DNA of 64,000 nucleotides from Gemmatimonadales bacterium (GTDB lineage Bacteria; Gemmatimonadota; Gemmatimonadetes; Gemmatimonadales; GWC2-71-9), in contig JBBQFH010000003.1 in the NCBI GenBank assembly GCA_038321865.1, forward strand, positions 64,001-128,000, read 5' to 3'. This document shows, in pieces, positions 38,339 to 48,318 of this stretch (positions are counted from its first letter, which is position 1; each line of letters opens with the position of its first letter). The position numbers and the translations under genes were made by a program. The notes beneath the pieces are model-generated. The model made no database searches, was not told the DNA's origin, and saw only the letters and a program-made list of their open reading frames with translations.

Positions 38339-39717
38339 GCCGTCTCGGCATCATGGTGCTGGTGGCGGCCGGACTCTGCGGTCCGGCCCGCGCCACCGGG
38401 CAGGTGCCGTCCGACACTGCCCTGGTTAGGTCGGTCGACTCGATGGCTCGCGCCATGCTCGCGTCGGGTCCGGTCGCCGGGATGTCGATTCTGGTCCGCC
38501 GAGGCAGCCATACGATCGTGGACAAGGGGTACGGACTCGCCGATGTGGAGAACGGCGTGGCCGCCACGCCGCAGAGCGTCTACCGCATCGGCTCGATCAC
38601 GAAGCAGTTCACCGCAGCGGCGGTGATGCAGCTGGCGGAGCAGGGGAAGCTGTCGCTTGACGATGACATCACGAAGTATCTGCCGACTCTCCCGGTGCAG
38701 GGACGCCACGTGCTCATCCGGCAGCTCCTCAATCACACCTCGGGCATCAAGAGCTACACCGGACTCGGCCCAAGGTGGTTCCGGCTCCTGCCGCTGGAGC
38801 TGTCGCCGGACAGCATCGTGGGGCTGGTCGCGCATGAGCCCTTCGACTTCGAGCCCGGTACCAACTGGCGATACGACAATACCGGGTACGTCATCCTGGG
38901 CATGCTGATCGAGAAGGCATCGGGGCAGAAGTACGCTGACTACCTGCGCGATCACGTGACCGGGCCTCTCGGGCTGAGCGCCACGGTGTATTGCGACGAG
39001 CGGCCGATCATCCCGCACCGCGCCACCGGCTACGAGGTCGAGAGTGGAAAGCTGGTGAACGACACACCGATCCATATGTCACAGCCGTTCGCGGCCGGCG
39101 CGCTTTGCTCGACCACCGGTGATCTCGCCAGCTGGTCGCGGGCGCTCGCCGGTGGCCGGGTCGTCAGCGCCGCATCATACGCGCGGATGTCGACGCCCGA
39201 CACGCTGACGACCGGACGGCGCCTCGCCTACGGCTTCGGCCTGGGCGCCGGCGAGCTCGAGGGTCATCATGTGGTGTCCCACGGAGGCGGGATTCCGGGG
39301 TTCGTGTCGATGCTGGCCACCTATCCGGCGGACAGTCTCACCGTTGTGGTGTTGGTCACTACGGAGGGTCCTGCGGCTGATCTGCTGGCAGGGCGAATTG
39401 CCCGGCGCGCGCTGGGCATCCGCGCGCCCGTCGTGCGGGCGGCGCCGCTGACCCCGGGCGAACGCGCGGCCGTCGTCGGAACCTATCGGCAGGGCGCGGA
39501 TTCGGTGCGGGTGTATGAGGCAGGCGGGAAGTTGATGATGGCCGAGCCCCACGAATCGCCAGTGGAGCTGATTCCGATCGCGGGCGGGAGGCTGATGGCC
39601 GCTGGCCGGCCCGACGACAGGCTGACGTTCGAGGTCACCGCCGGGCGAATGACGCTCCGCATCGACTACGCGTCGGAAGCGCCGTTTCGCGGGGAGCGCG
39701 TCGGGCGGCCGCGCTAA
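38335..39717 (+). CDS. Serine hydrolase, beta-lactamase class C-like family
   Basis: SITK, YDN, LLNHTSG and HGG motifs; signal peptide. Confidence 0.88.
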   Translation: MSRLGIMVLVAAGLCGPARATGQVPSDTALVRSVDSMARAMLASGPVAGMSILVRRGSHTIVDKGYGLADVENGVAATPQSVYRIGSITKQFTAAAVMQLAEQGKLSLDDDITKYLPTLPVQGRHVLIRQLLNHTSGIKSYTGLGPRWFRLLPLELSPDSIVGLVAHEPFDFEPGTNWRYDNTGYVILGMLIEKASGQKYADYLRDHVTGPLGLSATVYCDERPIIPHRATGYEVESGKLVNDTPIHMSQPFAAGALCSTTGDLASWSRALAGGRVVSAASYARMSTPDTLTTGRRLAYGFGLGAGELEGHHVVSHGGGIPGFVSMLATYPADSLTVVVLVTTEGPAADLLAGRIARRALGIRAPVVRAAPLTPGERAAVVGTYRQGADSVRVYEAGGKLMMAEPHESPVELIPIAGGRLMAAGRPDDRLTFEVTAGRMTLRIDYASEAPFRGERVGRPR

Positions 39718-40415
39718 CGGCTGGCGAGCAGCTCGGTTGCCAGCGACTGGAGCGCTGCCGCGGCTGACTTCTCGTCTCGGCCGTGCGGCATCAGATGGAT
39801 AGCAGTGGTTCCGGACAGGCGCTCGATCGCCGCGGCGTTGCCGCCGGTCGAACCGTCGGGTTGCTCGGGCGCATTGAGCACGATGCCCGCCACCGGCACA
39901 CCGCCGATTTCGAGTGCGCTCAGCGTAAGCAGTGCATGGCTGATGGTGCCGAGCCGATCAAGTCCCACCACGAGGGCCCGGGCCTCAAGCGCCTGCGCCA
40001 GATCTACGAGGTTCCAGTCCCACCCAATCGGCGCCAGCAGCCCGCCGGATCCCTCGACGATGGCCACATCGACCCCCGCCGCGTAGCCTTCGATCCACAT
40101 CAAAATGTCATCGAAATCCAGCGTGATTCCCTCCCGCTCGGCCGCCACGGCGGGCGCCACCTGCGCCGCGAAGCGCAGGAGAGCTGTGGCAGGCTCCCGC
40201 TGGCCGGTCGCGCGGGCGAGCAGCACCCCGTCCTCGCCGCCCGGCGCCGACTCGTAGCCGGTCTCGACTACCTTCATCGCGACGACGCGGTGCCCGGCCG
40301 CGATGAGCGCGCGCGCCAGCGCCGCGGCGATCCAGGTCTTGCCGACTCCGGTGTCGGTGCCGGTGACGACGAGCACGTTCGAACGTGCTCGATTCGGTGA
40401 GACGGCGACAGTCAC
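39714..40415 (-). CDS. bioD: Dethiobiotin synthase
   Basis: VTGTDTGVGKT, EGSGGL and LGTISH motifs. Confidence 0.92.
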   Translation of the reverse strand: MTVAVSPNRARSNVLVVTGTDTGVGKTWIAAALARALIAAGHRVVAMKVVETGYESAPGGEDGVLLARATGQREPATALLRFAAQVAPAVAAEREGITLDFDDILMWIEGYAAGVDVAIVEGSGGLLAPIGWDWNLVDLAQALEARALVVGLDRLGTISHALLTLSALEIGGVPVAGIVLNAPEQPDGSTGGNAAAIERLSGTTAIHLMPHGRDEKSAAAALQSLATELLASR

Positions 40416-40545
40416 AATTCACTCCCACACAGAGGCTCGGGGATCCGGAGGGAGACTATCCCGCACAGCGGACCCGGGCAAGGCGGCGCACGTCTTGAGT
40501 TTGGCCGTGCGGCGTGCGACGTTTGAGCGTCCGCGCTCAGCGGGC

Positions 40546-40618
40546 GGGGGCGTAGCTCAGCTGGTAGAGCAAGGGACTTTTAATCCCTAGGTCGTGGGTT
40601 CGAGTCCCACCGCCCTCA
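40546..40618 (+). tRNA. tRNA-Lys (anticodon TTT)
   Basis: Cloverleaf: GGGGGCG/CGCCCTC acceptor, AGGGA-CTTTTAA-TCCCT anticodon arm, TTCGAGT T-loop; CCA not encoded. Confidence 0.96.
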
Positions 40619-40630
40619 TGAGTGTTCCTC

Positions 40631-40649
40631 CTGCTGACCGCGTCAGCAG
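40631..40649. terminator. Hairpin downstream of tRNA-Lys
   Basis: CTGCTGAC-cgc-GTCAGCAG perfect 8-bp stem between converging genes. Confidence 0.4.
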
Positions 40650-40652
40650 CTC

Positions 40653-41036
40653 TCAATCGCTCCAACTCAATCCGATGGTATAGGTTTGGGTGGATCCAAT
40701 TATGGTCACGACCGTGGCGAGGCCCAGGAATACGAGCCCGGCCGTTCCCAGCACATTCGTCCGGCGGGTCGCCAGCAGTCGTATATCAGCCAGCGGAAGC
40801 CGAACCGCCCCGCGAGGCGAGTCGCCGATGAGCGTGTCCCCGCTGATCCGGGGTTGCGACACGACGATCTCGCGTGCATCCGCCAGCGTGACGCGAACAA
40901 GCACCGGTGGCGTCGTGTCCAATAGCTCCCGGGGGGTCGCTGCTTGTACTCGCCAATTGACGCACCCGGCAACCTGCATGACGAGAAGTACGCCGGATGC
41001 CGACTTCCGCAGTCCAACCATCGTCGAGTGAGGCAT
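40653..41036 (-). CDS. Hypothetical lipoprotein/membrane protein
   Basis: GGAGA SD; VAGC lipobox-like motif; C-terminal TM segment. Confidence 0.6.
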   Translation of the reverse strand: MPHSTMVGLRKSASGVLLVMQVAGCVNWRVQAATPRELLDTTPPVLVRVTLADAREIVVSQPRISGDTLIGDSPRGAVRLPLADIRLLATRRTNVLGTAGLVFLGLATVVTIIGSTQTYTIGLSWSD

Positions 41037-41181
41037 CGTGTTCTCCCGGAAAGGGGTGCTCGATCCTACCGGTGCCGCGTCAAGCGTCAGTCAAGCACAT
41101 GCCTTCACTGGGTCGATGGCTCCATAACAGCCTCTGTCAGTCCCTTTTTCGGCGCCTCTCATTCAGCGAGCGAATCAAGTC

Positions 41182-41697
41182 ATGACCCACACAGCCGTAC
41201 ACTCGCACGCCCTCTCCGCCGGCACCCCGGCACCCGACTTCACGCTCCACGCCACTCCCGATCAGCGCACCTCGCTCGACGAGTTCCGGGGACACCCTGT
41301 GATCCTGGCGTTCTACCCCGCCGACTGGAGCCCAGTGTGCGGCGATCAGATGGCGCTGTACAACGAGCTGCGCTCGGAGTTCCGCCGTTTTCACGCGGAA
41401 GTCATCGGCATCTCCGTCGACGGTGCCTGGTGTCACGCGGCGTTCAAGGAGGCGCGGCACCTGCATTTGCCACTGCTCAGCGACTTCGAGCCGAAGGGGG
41501 CCGTGGCGCGTCAGTACGGCGTCTATCGCCCGGACGACGGCACGACGGAGCGCGCCCTGTTCGTCATTGATGGGGACGGAATCATTCGCTGGAGCTTCGT
41601 GTCTCCGGTCGGGGTAAACCCCGGCGCCGATGGCATCCTCGAGGCGCTGGAAGCGCTGGGCGATGCCGACCCCGTCGTCCCCGCACGGGCCCAATGA
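41182..41697 (+). CDS. Peroxiredoxin/redoxin (AhpE-like)
   Basis: APDFTL, FYPADWSPVC, GISVD, LLSDF and ERALFVID motifs. Confidence 0.88.
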   Translation: MTHTAVHSHALSAGTPAPDFTLHATPDQRTSLDEFRGHPVILAFYPADWSPVCGDQMALYNELRSEFRRFHAEVIGISVDGAWCHAAFKEARHLHLPLLSDFEPKGAVARQYGVYRPDDGTTERALFVIDGDGIIRWSFVSPVGVNPGADGILEALEALGDADPVVPARAQ

Positions 41698-42248
41698 GCC
41701 CGGGTGGCCTGGCGCCGCCGGTCGGCCAGCCGGATCACGTTCAGGGAGCGGAGGACGCCGCCATCACCCTTGTCGAGTATGGGGACTACGAGTGTCCGCA
41801 CTGCGGCCGCGCCTACCCGATCATCAAGCTTGTGCAGCGGCGCCTTGCCGCCGATCTGCGATTCGTCTTCCGCAACTTCCCGCTGGGCGACGCCCATCCG
41901 CACGCCCAGCACGCCGCTGAAGCGGCCGAATCGGTGGCCGCGCACGCCGGCGATCAAGCCTTCTGGGCGATGCATGATCTGATCTACCAGCATCAGCAGG
42001 ACGGTCCCGATGCCCTGGACGACGCGTCGCTGGTTGCGCTGGCGCGCCGCGCCGGCGCTGATGCGCATGCGGTCGCGGATGATCTGCGGTTTGGGCGTTA
42101 TGCGGCGCGAGTGCGGGAGGACTTCATGAGCGGCGTGCGCAGCGGGGTGAACGGCACGCCGACCTTCTTCATCAATGGCATTCGGCACGATGGTCCGTGG
42201 GACGAGGAGAGCTTGGTTGCGGCGCTCCAGGCAGCGGCCGAGCGCTAG
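41694..42248 (+). CDS. DsbA family oxidoreductase
   Basis: YGDYECPHC, FRNFPL and GVNGTPTFFING motifs; ATGA overlap. Confidence 0.9.
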   Translation: MSPGGLAPPVGQPDHVQGAEDAAITLVEYGDYECPHCGRAYPIIKLVQRRLAADLRFVFRNFPLGDAHPHAQHAAEAAESVAAHAGDQAFWAMHDLIYQHQQDGPDALDDASLVALARRAGADAHAVADDLRFGRYAARVREDFMSGVRSGVNGTPTFFINGIRHDGPWDEESLVAALQAAAER

Positions 42249-42255
42249 AGGTCCG

Positions 42256-42801
42256 CTAGACGCCCGCTTCCTGGTGGCCCGGCTTCCGGTTGGTCCGGTG
42301 ACCGCGCCCGCCCTTCTTGGCCCGGCTGCGGGACAGCAGGTCCTCGAAGTCGGTGCGCAGCCCTTCGACCATCCAGTCCAGCACGCGCAGCAGTTCCTTC
42401 ACGTTATCGCCCTTGGCCAGCTCGGACAGCTGCCAGCTTGCCTTGTCGCCCGATTTCGCCGGATCAAACCCGCCCTTCGGCAGCACCGAGAGCTTGTGAG
42501 CAAGCTCGCCGAGGAACGCCTGCTTCGCCTCGGGCTCGCCGGCCGGCAAGCGGCTCGACAGCTGACGAAAGAGGATGGACACCAGCCCGTTGGTCTGGCA
42601 GGTGAGCAGCTTCTGCTCCTGCACGCCGATCTTGACGTAGCCGACCATCGAATCGCTGGTCGGACTGCTGCTCCAGCGCAGGATCACGCCGTGGGCACGT
42701 GCCCATGAGCTGATCCGCTCAGCCACGTCGGTCTCGGCCGGGTGCTCGAGCTTGAGTCGCTCGGTGAATGCGGCGCGGCTGCCAGTAGATTTCGTTGCCA
42801 T
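42256..42801 (-). CDS. Hypothetical protein with basic C-terminal tail
   Basis: Protein-like composition and codon usage from ATG 42801. Confidence 0.6.
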   Translation of the reverse strand: MATKSTGSRAAFTERLKLEHPAETDVAERISSWARAHGVILRWSSSPTSDSMVGYVKIGVQEQKLLTCQTNGLVSILFRQLSSRLPAGEPEAKQAFLGELAHKLSVLPKGGFDPAKSGDKASWQLSELAKGDNVKELLRVLDWMVEGLRTDFEDLLSRSRAKKGGRGHRTNRKPGHQEAGV

Positions 42802-42931
42802 ATTGAAAGTCACCGGTTCGAGGCGGTCCAACGGTGGCGGCGTCGCAGCCCCCACCAGAGGTGAAAGATACCCCCGCGGACGCCGCGGCGCCTCCCCGCG
42901 ATCTCGTACCATCACCCCTGGGAGTGTTACC

Positions 42932-43243
42932 GTGACGGCAGCCGCTGTGATGATGCGCCATGAGAAGGATGCCGTTTCGGCCTTTCGCGCGGCGGGAGCC
43001 CTGACGGCCGACCGCGCCCGGTCCCTGGAATCGCTGGGTCTCCGCCACGATCACGCGATCCGCCGGCTCGAGACTCGTGCGGTGCTCCGTGCCGGTACTC
43101 AGCCTGGTACCCTCTATCTCGATGAACCAAGCTGGGTTGCGCTCCGCGGCATCCGGCGTCGGTTCCTGCTGGTCCTCATCATCATCGCGCTGGGGCTGGC
43201 CTTCACAACCTGGTACGCCGCCGCCCACAGCCGCGGAGTCTGA
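42932..43243 (+). CDS. Small hypothetical membrane protein
   Basis: GGAG SD; FRAAGA...RA.SL..LG...YLDE followed by one TM segment. Confidence 0.6.
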   Translation: MTAAAVMMRHEKDAVSAFRAAGALTADRARSLESLGLRHDHAIRRLETRAVLRAGTQPGTLYLDEPSWVALRGIRRRFLLVLIIIALGLAFTTWYAAAHSRGV

Positions 43244-43359
43244 TCCGGGGAAGGCCACTCTGCAACCCGCGGGGCGGCCCATGCGTATAGGGCAGGGTTG
43301 TCCCGCCGAAGTCCGACGCCGGCCCGATCGCCGGCCCACATGGAGCCCATTCGCGCCTT

Positions 43360-45108
43360 ATGACACGTTTCCTGCTCGTTGCGGCCGCTTCGCTCGTCCC
43401 CGCCATCGCCGCGGCACAGACGGCCGGTCCCTCGGCGCCTCCGCCGGTCACCATCGTTGCCGCGCCGGCCACGACGCTTCCGCTCAAGCACGCGCCGGAG
43501 CCGACCTCGACGGATATTTCGGCCAAGGACCTGATGACCCGGCTGTACATCTACGCCGATGACTCATTGCAGGGCCGCGAAGCCGGCACCATCGGCAACC
43601 TCAAGGCGACCGACTACATCGCCGGCGAAGCCCGGCGCATCGGCCTGATTCCCGCCGGTGAGAACGGCACCTACTTCCAGACACTGCCGTTCAAGACCCG
43701 CGCGCTCGACCCGGCGTCGACGTTCTCCGTCGGCGGCGCGCCGCTCACACTCGGCACCGACTGGGCCGCGACCGGGGCGGGCTCGCTGACCAATTCTGCC
43801 CTCGCAGTGGTCTACGGCGGCATGCTCGGCGATACGTCGGTCGCGCTCACGCCTGAGCAGATGGCCGGGAAGGTGGTGGTCTACAGCTTTCCGCTGAATA
43901 CGCGCCGGATCCGCGGTGGGCGTGCACCGCTGGGCGCCGCCGCCGCCGTGATCATCGGTCCCGACCAGCTGCTGGGCAATTTCCGCCGGCCGGCGACGTT
44001 CGTGGATGATCCGTCGCGCGCGCCAGCCGCAGCCCCAGCCGCAGCGCCGGCGCCGGTGCCGACGATCTTTGTCAATCAGGCTGCCGGGGCCCGGCTCTTC
44101 GCGACACCGCTGGATCAGCTCAAGCCCGGTGACGCGGGCAACACCGTTGCCATGGACGTCCGGATGAAGATCGAGCCCGTGCCCTTCGCGGCGCGGAACG
44201 TGGTCGGGATCGTCCGGGGGAGTGATCCGAAGCTCCGCGGCCAGTACGTCGCCGTCGGGGGCCACAACGATCACATCGGCATGACCGCCCGGCCGGTGGA
44301 CCACGACTCGATGCGGATCTTCCTGCATCTGGTGCGCCCGGGTGGCGCCGAGGACGGCGGCAGGCAGGCCACTCCCGAGCAGCAGGCCGAGGTCAACAGG
44401 CAGCTGGCCGACTGGCGCACCGCGCATCCCAACACCATGCGCGCCGATTCGATCTCGAACGGTGCCGATGATGACGGGTCCGGCACCGTCAGCGTGCTCG
44501 AGATTGCGGAGAAGATGGCATCGCTCAAGGGCCGCAATGCGCCGAAGCGCTCGATCATTTTCGTCTGGCACGTGGGTGAGGAGAAGGGCCTGCTGGGCTC
44601 GGCCTACTTCACCGATCACCCGACGGTCCCGCGCGACTCCATCGTCGCGCAGCTCAACATCGACATGGTCGGCCGCGGCGATGCCTGGGATGTCACCGGC
44701 CAGTCGAAGGATGGGGCGGTGCTCCGGGGCGGCCCGAATTATCTGCAGCTGGTAGGTTCGCGCCGTCTCTCGAAGGAGCTGGGTGACGTCGTCGAGCAGG
44801 TGAACACCGACGGCAAGCATGGCTTTACCTTCGATTACGGCATGGACGCGAACGGGCATCCCCAGAACATCTATTGCCGGAGCGACCATTACGAATACGC
44901 CCGCTACGGAATTCCGATCACCTTCTTCACGACCGGCGGGCACTCCGATTACCACCAGGTGACCGACGAGCCGCAGTACATCGACTACGAGCACATGGCC
45001 CGGGTCGACGAGCTGATCGAAGACGTAGCGATGCACGTGGCGAACCTGGACCACCGGATCGTCGTGGATCAGCCCAAGCCGGATCCGACCGGGCGCTGCG
45101 TCCAGTAG
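43360..45108 (+). CDS. M28 family peptidase
   Basis: GHNDH, GADDDGSG, GEEKGLLGS, NIDMVGR, RSDH and YHQVTD motifs. Confidence 0.92.
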   Translation: MTRFLLVAAASLVPAIAAAQTAGPSAPPPVTIVAAPATTLPLKHAPEPTSTDISAKDLMTRLYIYADDSLQGREAGTIGNLKATDYIAGEARRIGLIPAGENGTYFQTLPFKTRALDPASTFSVGGAPLTLGTDWAATGAGSLTNSALAVVYGGMLGDTSVALTPEQMAGKVVVYSFPLNTRRIRGGRAPLGAAAAVIIGPDQLLGNFRRPATFVDDPSRAPAAAPAAAPAPVPTIFVNQAAGARLFATPLDQLKPGDAGNTVAMDVRMKIEPVPFAARNVVGIVRGSDPKLRGQYVAVGGHNDHIGMTARPVDHDSMRIFLHLVRPGGAEDGGRQATPEQQAEVNRQLADWRTAHPNTMRADSISNGADDDGSGTVSVLEIAEKMASLKGRNAPKRSIIFVWHVGEEKGLLGSAYFTDHPTVPRDSIVAQLNIDMVGRGDAWDVTGQSKDGAVLRGGPNYLQLVGSRRLSKELGDVVEQVNTDGKHGFTFDYGMDANGHPQNIYCRSDHYEYARYGIPITFFTTGGHSDYHQVTDEPQYIDYEHMARVDELIEDVAMHVANLDHRIVVDQPKPDPTGRCVQ

Positions 45109-45132
45109 AGAAACCGGGTTCCCAACAGCACG

Positions 45133-45162
45133 AACGGCGGCAACCGTGAGGTTGCCGCCGTT
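45133..45162. terminator. Bidirectional intrinsic terminator
   Basis: AACGGCGGCAACC-GTGA-GGTTGCCGCCGTT perfect 13-bp stem between convergent genes. Confidence 0.8.
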
Positions 45163-45176
45163 TCCTGTTGCGAGTG

Positions 45177-46223
45177 CTACGTCAGCGATTTCAGATCAAT
45201 GACGAAGCGGTAGCGCACATCGCCCTTGATCGTGCGCTCATACGCCGCACCGAGATCTCCGATGTCGATCAGCTCGATGTCGGACGTGATGTTGTGCTCG
45301 GCGCAGAAGTCGAGCATTTCCTGCGTCTCGCGGATTCCGCCAATCAGCGAGCCTGCGAGGCTGCGCCGCTTCATGATCAGGGTGAACGCGTGCACTTCGG
45401 CCGGCTTTGCCGGAACGCCGACGACGACCAGCACACCGTCTCGGCGGAGCAGGTTCATGTAGGACGCGACGTCATGGTCGGCGGAGATCGTGTCGAGGAT
45501 CAAGTCAAAATGATTCGCGAGGCGCGCCATAGTGGCCGGGTCCTTCGTGACGGCGAACTCGTGGGCGCCGAGTCTCCGCGCGTCCTTCTCCTTCGAGGCC
45601 GACGTGCTGAGCACCGTCACCGTGGCGCCCATTGCGGCAGCGATCTTCACGCCCATATGTCCGAGCCCGCCAAGGCCGGCAATGGCGACGCGCGAGCCCG
45701 GGCCGACCTTGAAGTGCCGGAGCGGGGAATACGTCGTGATGCCGGCGCAGAGGAGCGGAGCTGCGTTCGCCGGCGGCAGGTTCGCCGGAATGCGGAGCGT
45801 GTAATTCTCGTCGACTACGATCGAGCTCGAGTAGCCACCGTAGGTCGGCGTCTTGCCATCCATTTCGGTACCGTTGTATGTCACGGCCATGTGATTCTCG
45901 CAGTACGAATCCTCGCCCTCCCGGCAGCTGTCGCAGGTGCGGCAGCTGTCGACGAAGCAGCCGACACCAGCCAGGTCGCCCACCTTGAACTTCTTCACGT
46001 CACCGCCGATCCGCGTCACGCGGCCCACGATCTCGTGCCCCGGGACCATGGGATATGTCGAATTGCCCCACTCGCCGCGCGCCTGGTGGATGTCGGAGTG
46101 GCAGATGCCGCAGTAGAGAATGTCGATTTGCACATCGTGCGGACCGGGCTCACGCCGCTCAAATGCGAACGGCTCGAACTTGCTGGTCGAACTGTGCACG
46201 GCGTATCCACGGGTGGGAAGCAT
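45177..46223 (-). CDS. Zn-dependent NAD(P) alcohol dehydrogenase (cinnamyl-ADH/YahK type)
   Basis: CGICHSD, GHEIVG, C..C..C...C, APLLCAGITTYSPL and GLGGLG motifs. Confidence 0.93.
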   Translation of the reverse strand: MLPTRGYAVHSSTSKFEPFAFERREPGPHDVQIDILYCGICHSDIHQARGEWGNSTYPMVPGHEIVGRVTRIGGDVKKFKVGDLAGVGCFVDSCRTCDSCREGEDSYCENHMAVTYNGTEMDGKTPTYGGYSSSIVVDENYTLRIPANLPPANAAPLLCAGITTYSPLRHFKVGPGSRVAIAGLGGLGHMGVKIAAAMGATVTVLSTSASKEKDARRLGAHEFAVTKDPATMARLANHFDLILDTISADHDVASYMNLLRRDGVLVVVGVPAKPAEVHAFTLIMKRRSLAGSLIGGIRETQEMLDFCAEHNITSDIELIDIGDLGAAYERTIKGDVRYRFVIDLKSLT

Positions 46224-46275
46224 CAGAAGTTCATCCTCGTTGAGAGTGTCTCGGCCAAGTGCATCCGCTTGGGGC

Positions 46276-47268
46276 TCATCGCCCGATCGCCTGCATGCCG
46301 CCGGGCTGATAGCGCTCGCCGGCCGCGGCGCCGAGCGGCGCCGCGTCGTCGATTCGGCGAAGGTCTGCGTCGGTGAGCTCGATTTCGAACGCGCCGATGT
46401 TCTCCTCGAGCCGCGCGCGGTGGCGGGTACCGGGAATCGGCACGATGTCCGGTCCCTGCTCCAGCAGCCACGCGAGCGCGAGCTGCGCCGGCGTACACCG
46501 ATGCTCGCGGGCGATTTGCTCGATGCGCTCAACTAGGTCCAGGTTGCGCTGGAAATTCCCGGGCTGGAAGCGGGGGTTGTTGCGACGGAAATCGTCGGCA
46601 GCGAAATCGTCGAAGCGGCGAATCTGCCCCGTCAGAAAGCCTCGGCCGAGCGGGCTGTAGGGAACGAACCCGATGCCCAGCTCGCGGCACAGCTTCAGCG
46701 TACCTTCCTCGGGGTCGCGAGTCCAGAGCGAGTATTCGCTCTGCAGCGCCGAGATCGGATGGACGGCGTGAGCCCGCCGGATCGTCTCCAGTCCCGCCTC
46801 GGAGAGGCCCAGGTAGCGCACCTTGCCCGCGCGCACCAGGTCGGCCATGGCGCCGACGGTCTCCTCGATGGCGACCGACGGGTCTACCCTGTGCTGATAG
46901 TAGAGGTCGATCTGCTCCACGCCCAGACGCCGGAGCGATGCATCGCAGGCCTCGCGGACATATTCAGGCCGGCCGTTGATCCCCCGGCGGGTCGGGTCAT
47001 TCGGATCGCGCACGTTGCCGAACTTCGTCGCCAGCGCGACCTCCCCGCGCCGCCCCCGGATCGCACGCCCGACGAGCTCCTCGTTTCGGCCCATTCCATA
47101 CATGTCGGCGGTATCGAGAAAGCTGACCCCGAGTTCGAGCGCCCGGTGAATGGTCGCCTCGGATTCGACGTCGTCCGAGGGTCCGTAGAACTCGGACATT
47201 CCCATGCAGCCAAGGCCCAGCGCCGGCACCACCAGCCCCTGCCGACCCAGCTCGCGTGATCTGATCAT
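46276..47268 (-). CDS. Aldo/keto reductase
   Basis: [28 protein letters not shown] and PIPGT motifs. Confidence 0.95.
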   Translation of the reverse strand: MIRSRELGRQGLVVPALGLGCMGMSEFYGPSDDVESEATIHRALELGVSFLDTADMYGMGRNEELVGRAIRGRRGEVALATKFGNVRDPNDPTRRGINGRPEYVREACDASLRRLGVEQIDLYYQHRVDPSVAIEETVGAMADLVRAGKVRYLGLSEAGLETIRRAHAVHPISALQSEYSLWTRDPEEGTLKLCRELGIGFVPYSPLGRGFLTGQIRRFDDFAADDFRRNNPRFQPGNFQRNLDLVERIEQIAREHRCTPAQLALAWLLEQGPDIVPIPGTRHRARLEENIGAFEIELTDADLRRIDDAAPLGAAAGERYQPGGMQAIGR

Positions 47269-47463
47269 CCTGCGCTCCTGTGTGTCGATTGTGCTTCGCG
47301 CCGGTGTCAGCGGCGCTCTGAAACATACCCCGGGCCGCCGGCGAGGGTCCGGCGCGGAAACGCGGCGCCGCCGCGCGCTTGTCCGCGCGCGTCCTGCGCG
47401 TGCACATTTCCTCGACTCCGCGAGCGAGCGGGGTCACGGCGACCCTCACAGACCGGAGATGGC

Positions 47464-48318
47464 GTGGCGACGATCTGGCTCGACGGCAACTGGCATGACC
47501 GCACCACCGCAATGGTCTCCGTGTACGACCACGGGCTGCTGTACGGTGACGGAGTGTTCGAAGGGATTCGAGTGTACGGCGGCAGGATCTTCCGGCTGGC
47601 CGACCACATCGACCGCCTCTATGACTCGGCCCACGCCATCTGGCTGACGGTGCCGATGCCGAAAGAGGAGATGATCGCCGTCACCGAGGAAGCCGTGCGC
47701 CGTTCGGAGCTGGCGGAGGCCTACATCCGGCACGTGATCACCCGGGGCGTGGGCGATCTCGGGCTCGATCCACGCAAGTGCTCCAGGCCCTCGGTCATCA
47801 TCATCGTGGACTCGATCCGGATGTGGCCGGCCGAGCTGTACGATCGCGGCCTCCGCGTCGTCACGGCGGCGACGCCGATCCCGCAGCGAGAGTCGCTCTC
47901 CCCGCGGGTCAAGTCACTCAACTATCTGCCGCACATCCTCGCCCGCCTCGAAGGGATTCAGGCCGGCGCGGATGAAGTGCTGATGCTGGACAGCGCCGGG
48001 CACGTGGCCGAGGGCTCCGGCGAGAACGTGTTCGTCGTCAAGGACGGAATTATCCGCACTCCTCCCGCCTACGCCGGGATCCTCAAGGGCGTCACCCGGG
48101 ACGTAGTCATCGAGCTCGCGCGCGCCGCGGGCTACGACGTGCGTGAGGAAATCTTCAATCGGTATGACGTGTACACGGCGGACGAGGCATTCTTCACCGG
48201 GACGGCAGCGGAGGTGGTGGGAATTCGCGAGCTCGACGGCCGGGCCATCGGCGCCGGCGGCCGCGGCCCGGTGACCAGGGACCTTGCCGAGCGCTTTCAC
48301 GCTCTCGTACGGGCTTGA
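47464..48318 (+). CDS. ilvE: Branched-chain amino acid aminotransferase
   Basis: DHGLLYGDGVFEG, KSLNY, EGSGEN, L.GVTR and TGTAAEV motifs. Confidence 0.93.
   Translation: MATIWLDGNWHDRTTAMVSVYDHGLLYGDGVFEGIRVYGGRIFRLADHIDRLYDSAHAIWLTVPMPKEEMIAVTEEAVRRSELAEAYIRHVITRGVGDLGLDPRKCSRPSVIIIVDSIRMWPAELYDRGLRVVTAATPIPQRESLSPRVKSLNYLPHILARLEGIQAGADEVLMLDSAGHVAEGSGENVFVVKDGIIRTPPAYAGILKGVTRDVVIELARAAGYDVREEIFNRYDVYTADEAFFTGTAAEVVGIRELDGRAIGAGGRGPVTRDLAERFHALVRA

Noticed and set aside
38335..39717. Antibiotic-resistance beta-lactamase
   Set aside because: Generic serine-hydrolase family motifs in a housekeeping context; no support for resistance.
44020..44060. Short tandem repeat CCAGCCGCAGC in the M28 peptidase
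   Set aside because: Encodes a Pro/Ala linker (PAAAPAAAP); two copies only.
40546..47270. Genomic island or prophage integrated at tRNA-Lys
   Set aside because: Genes look accessory, but I found no integrase and no duplicated tRNA 3' end.
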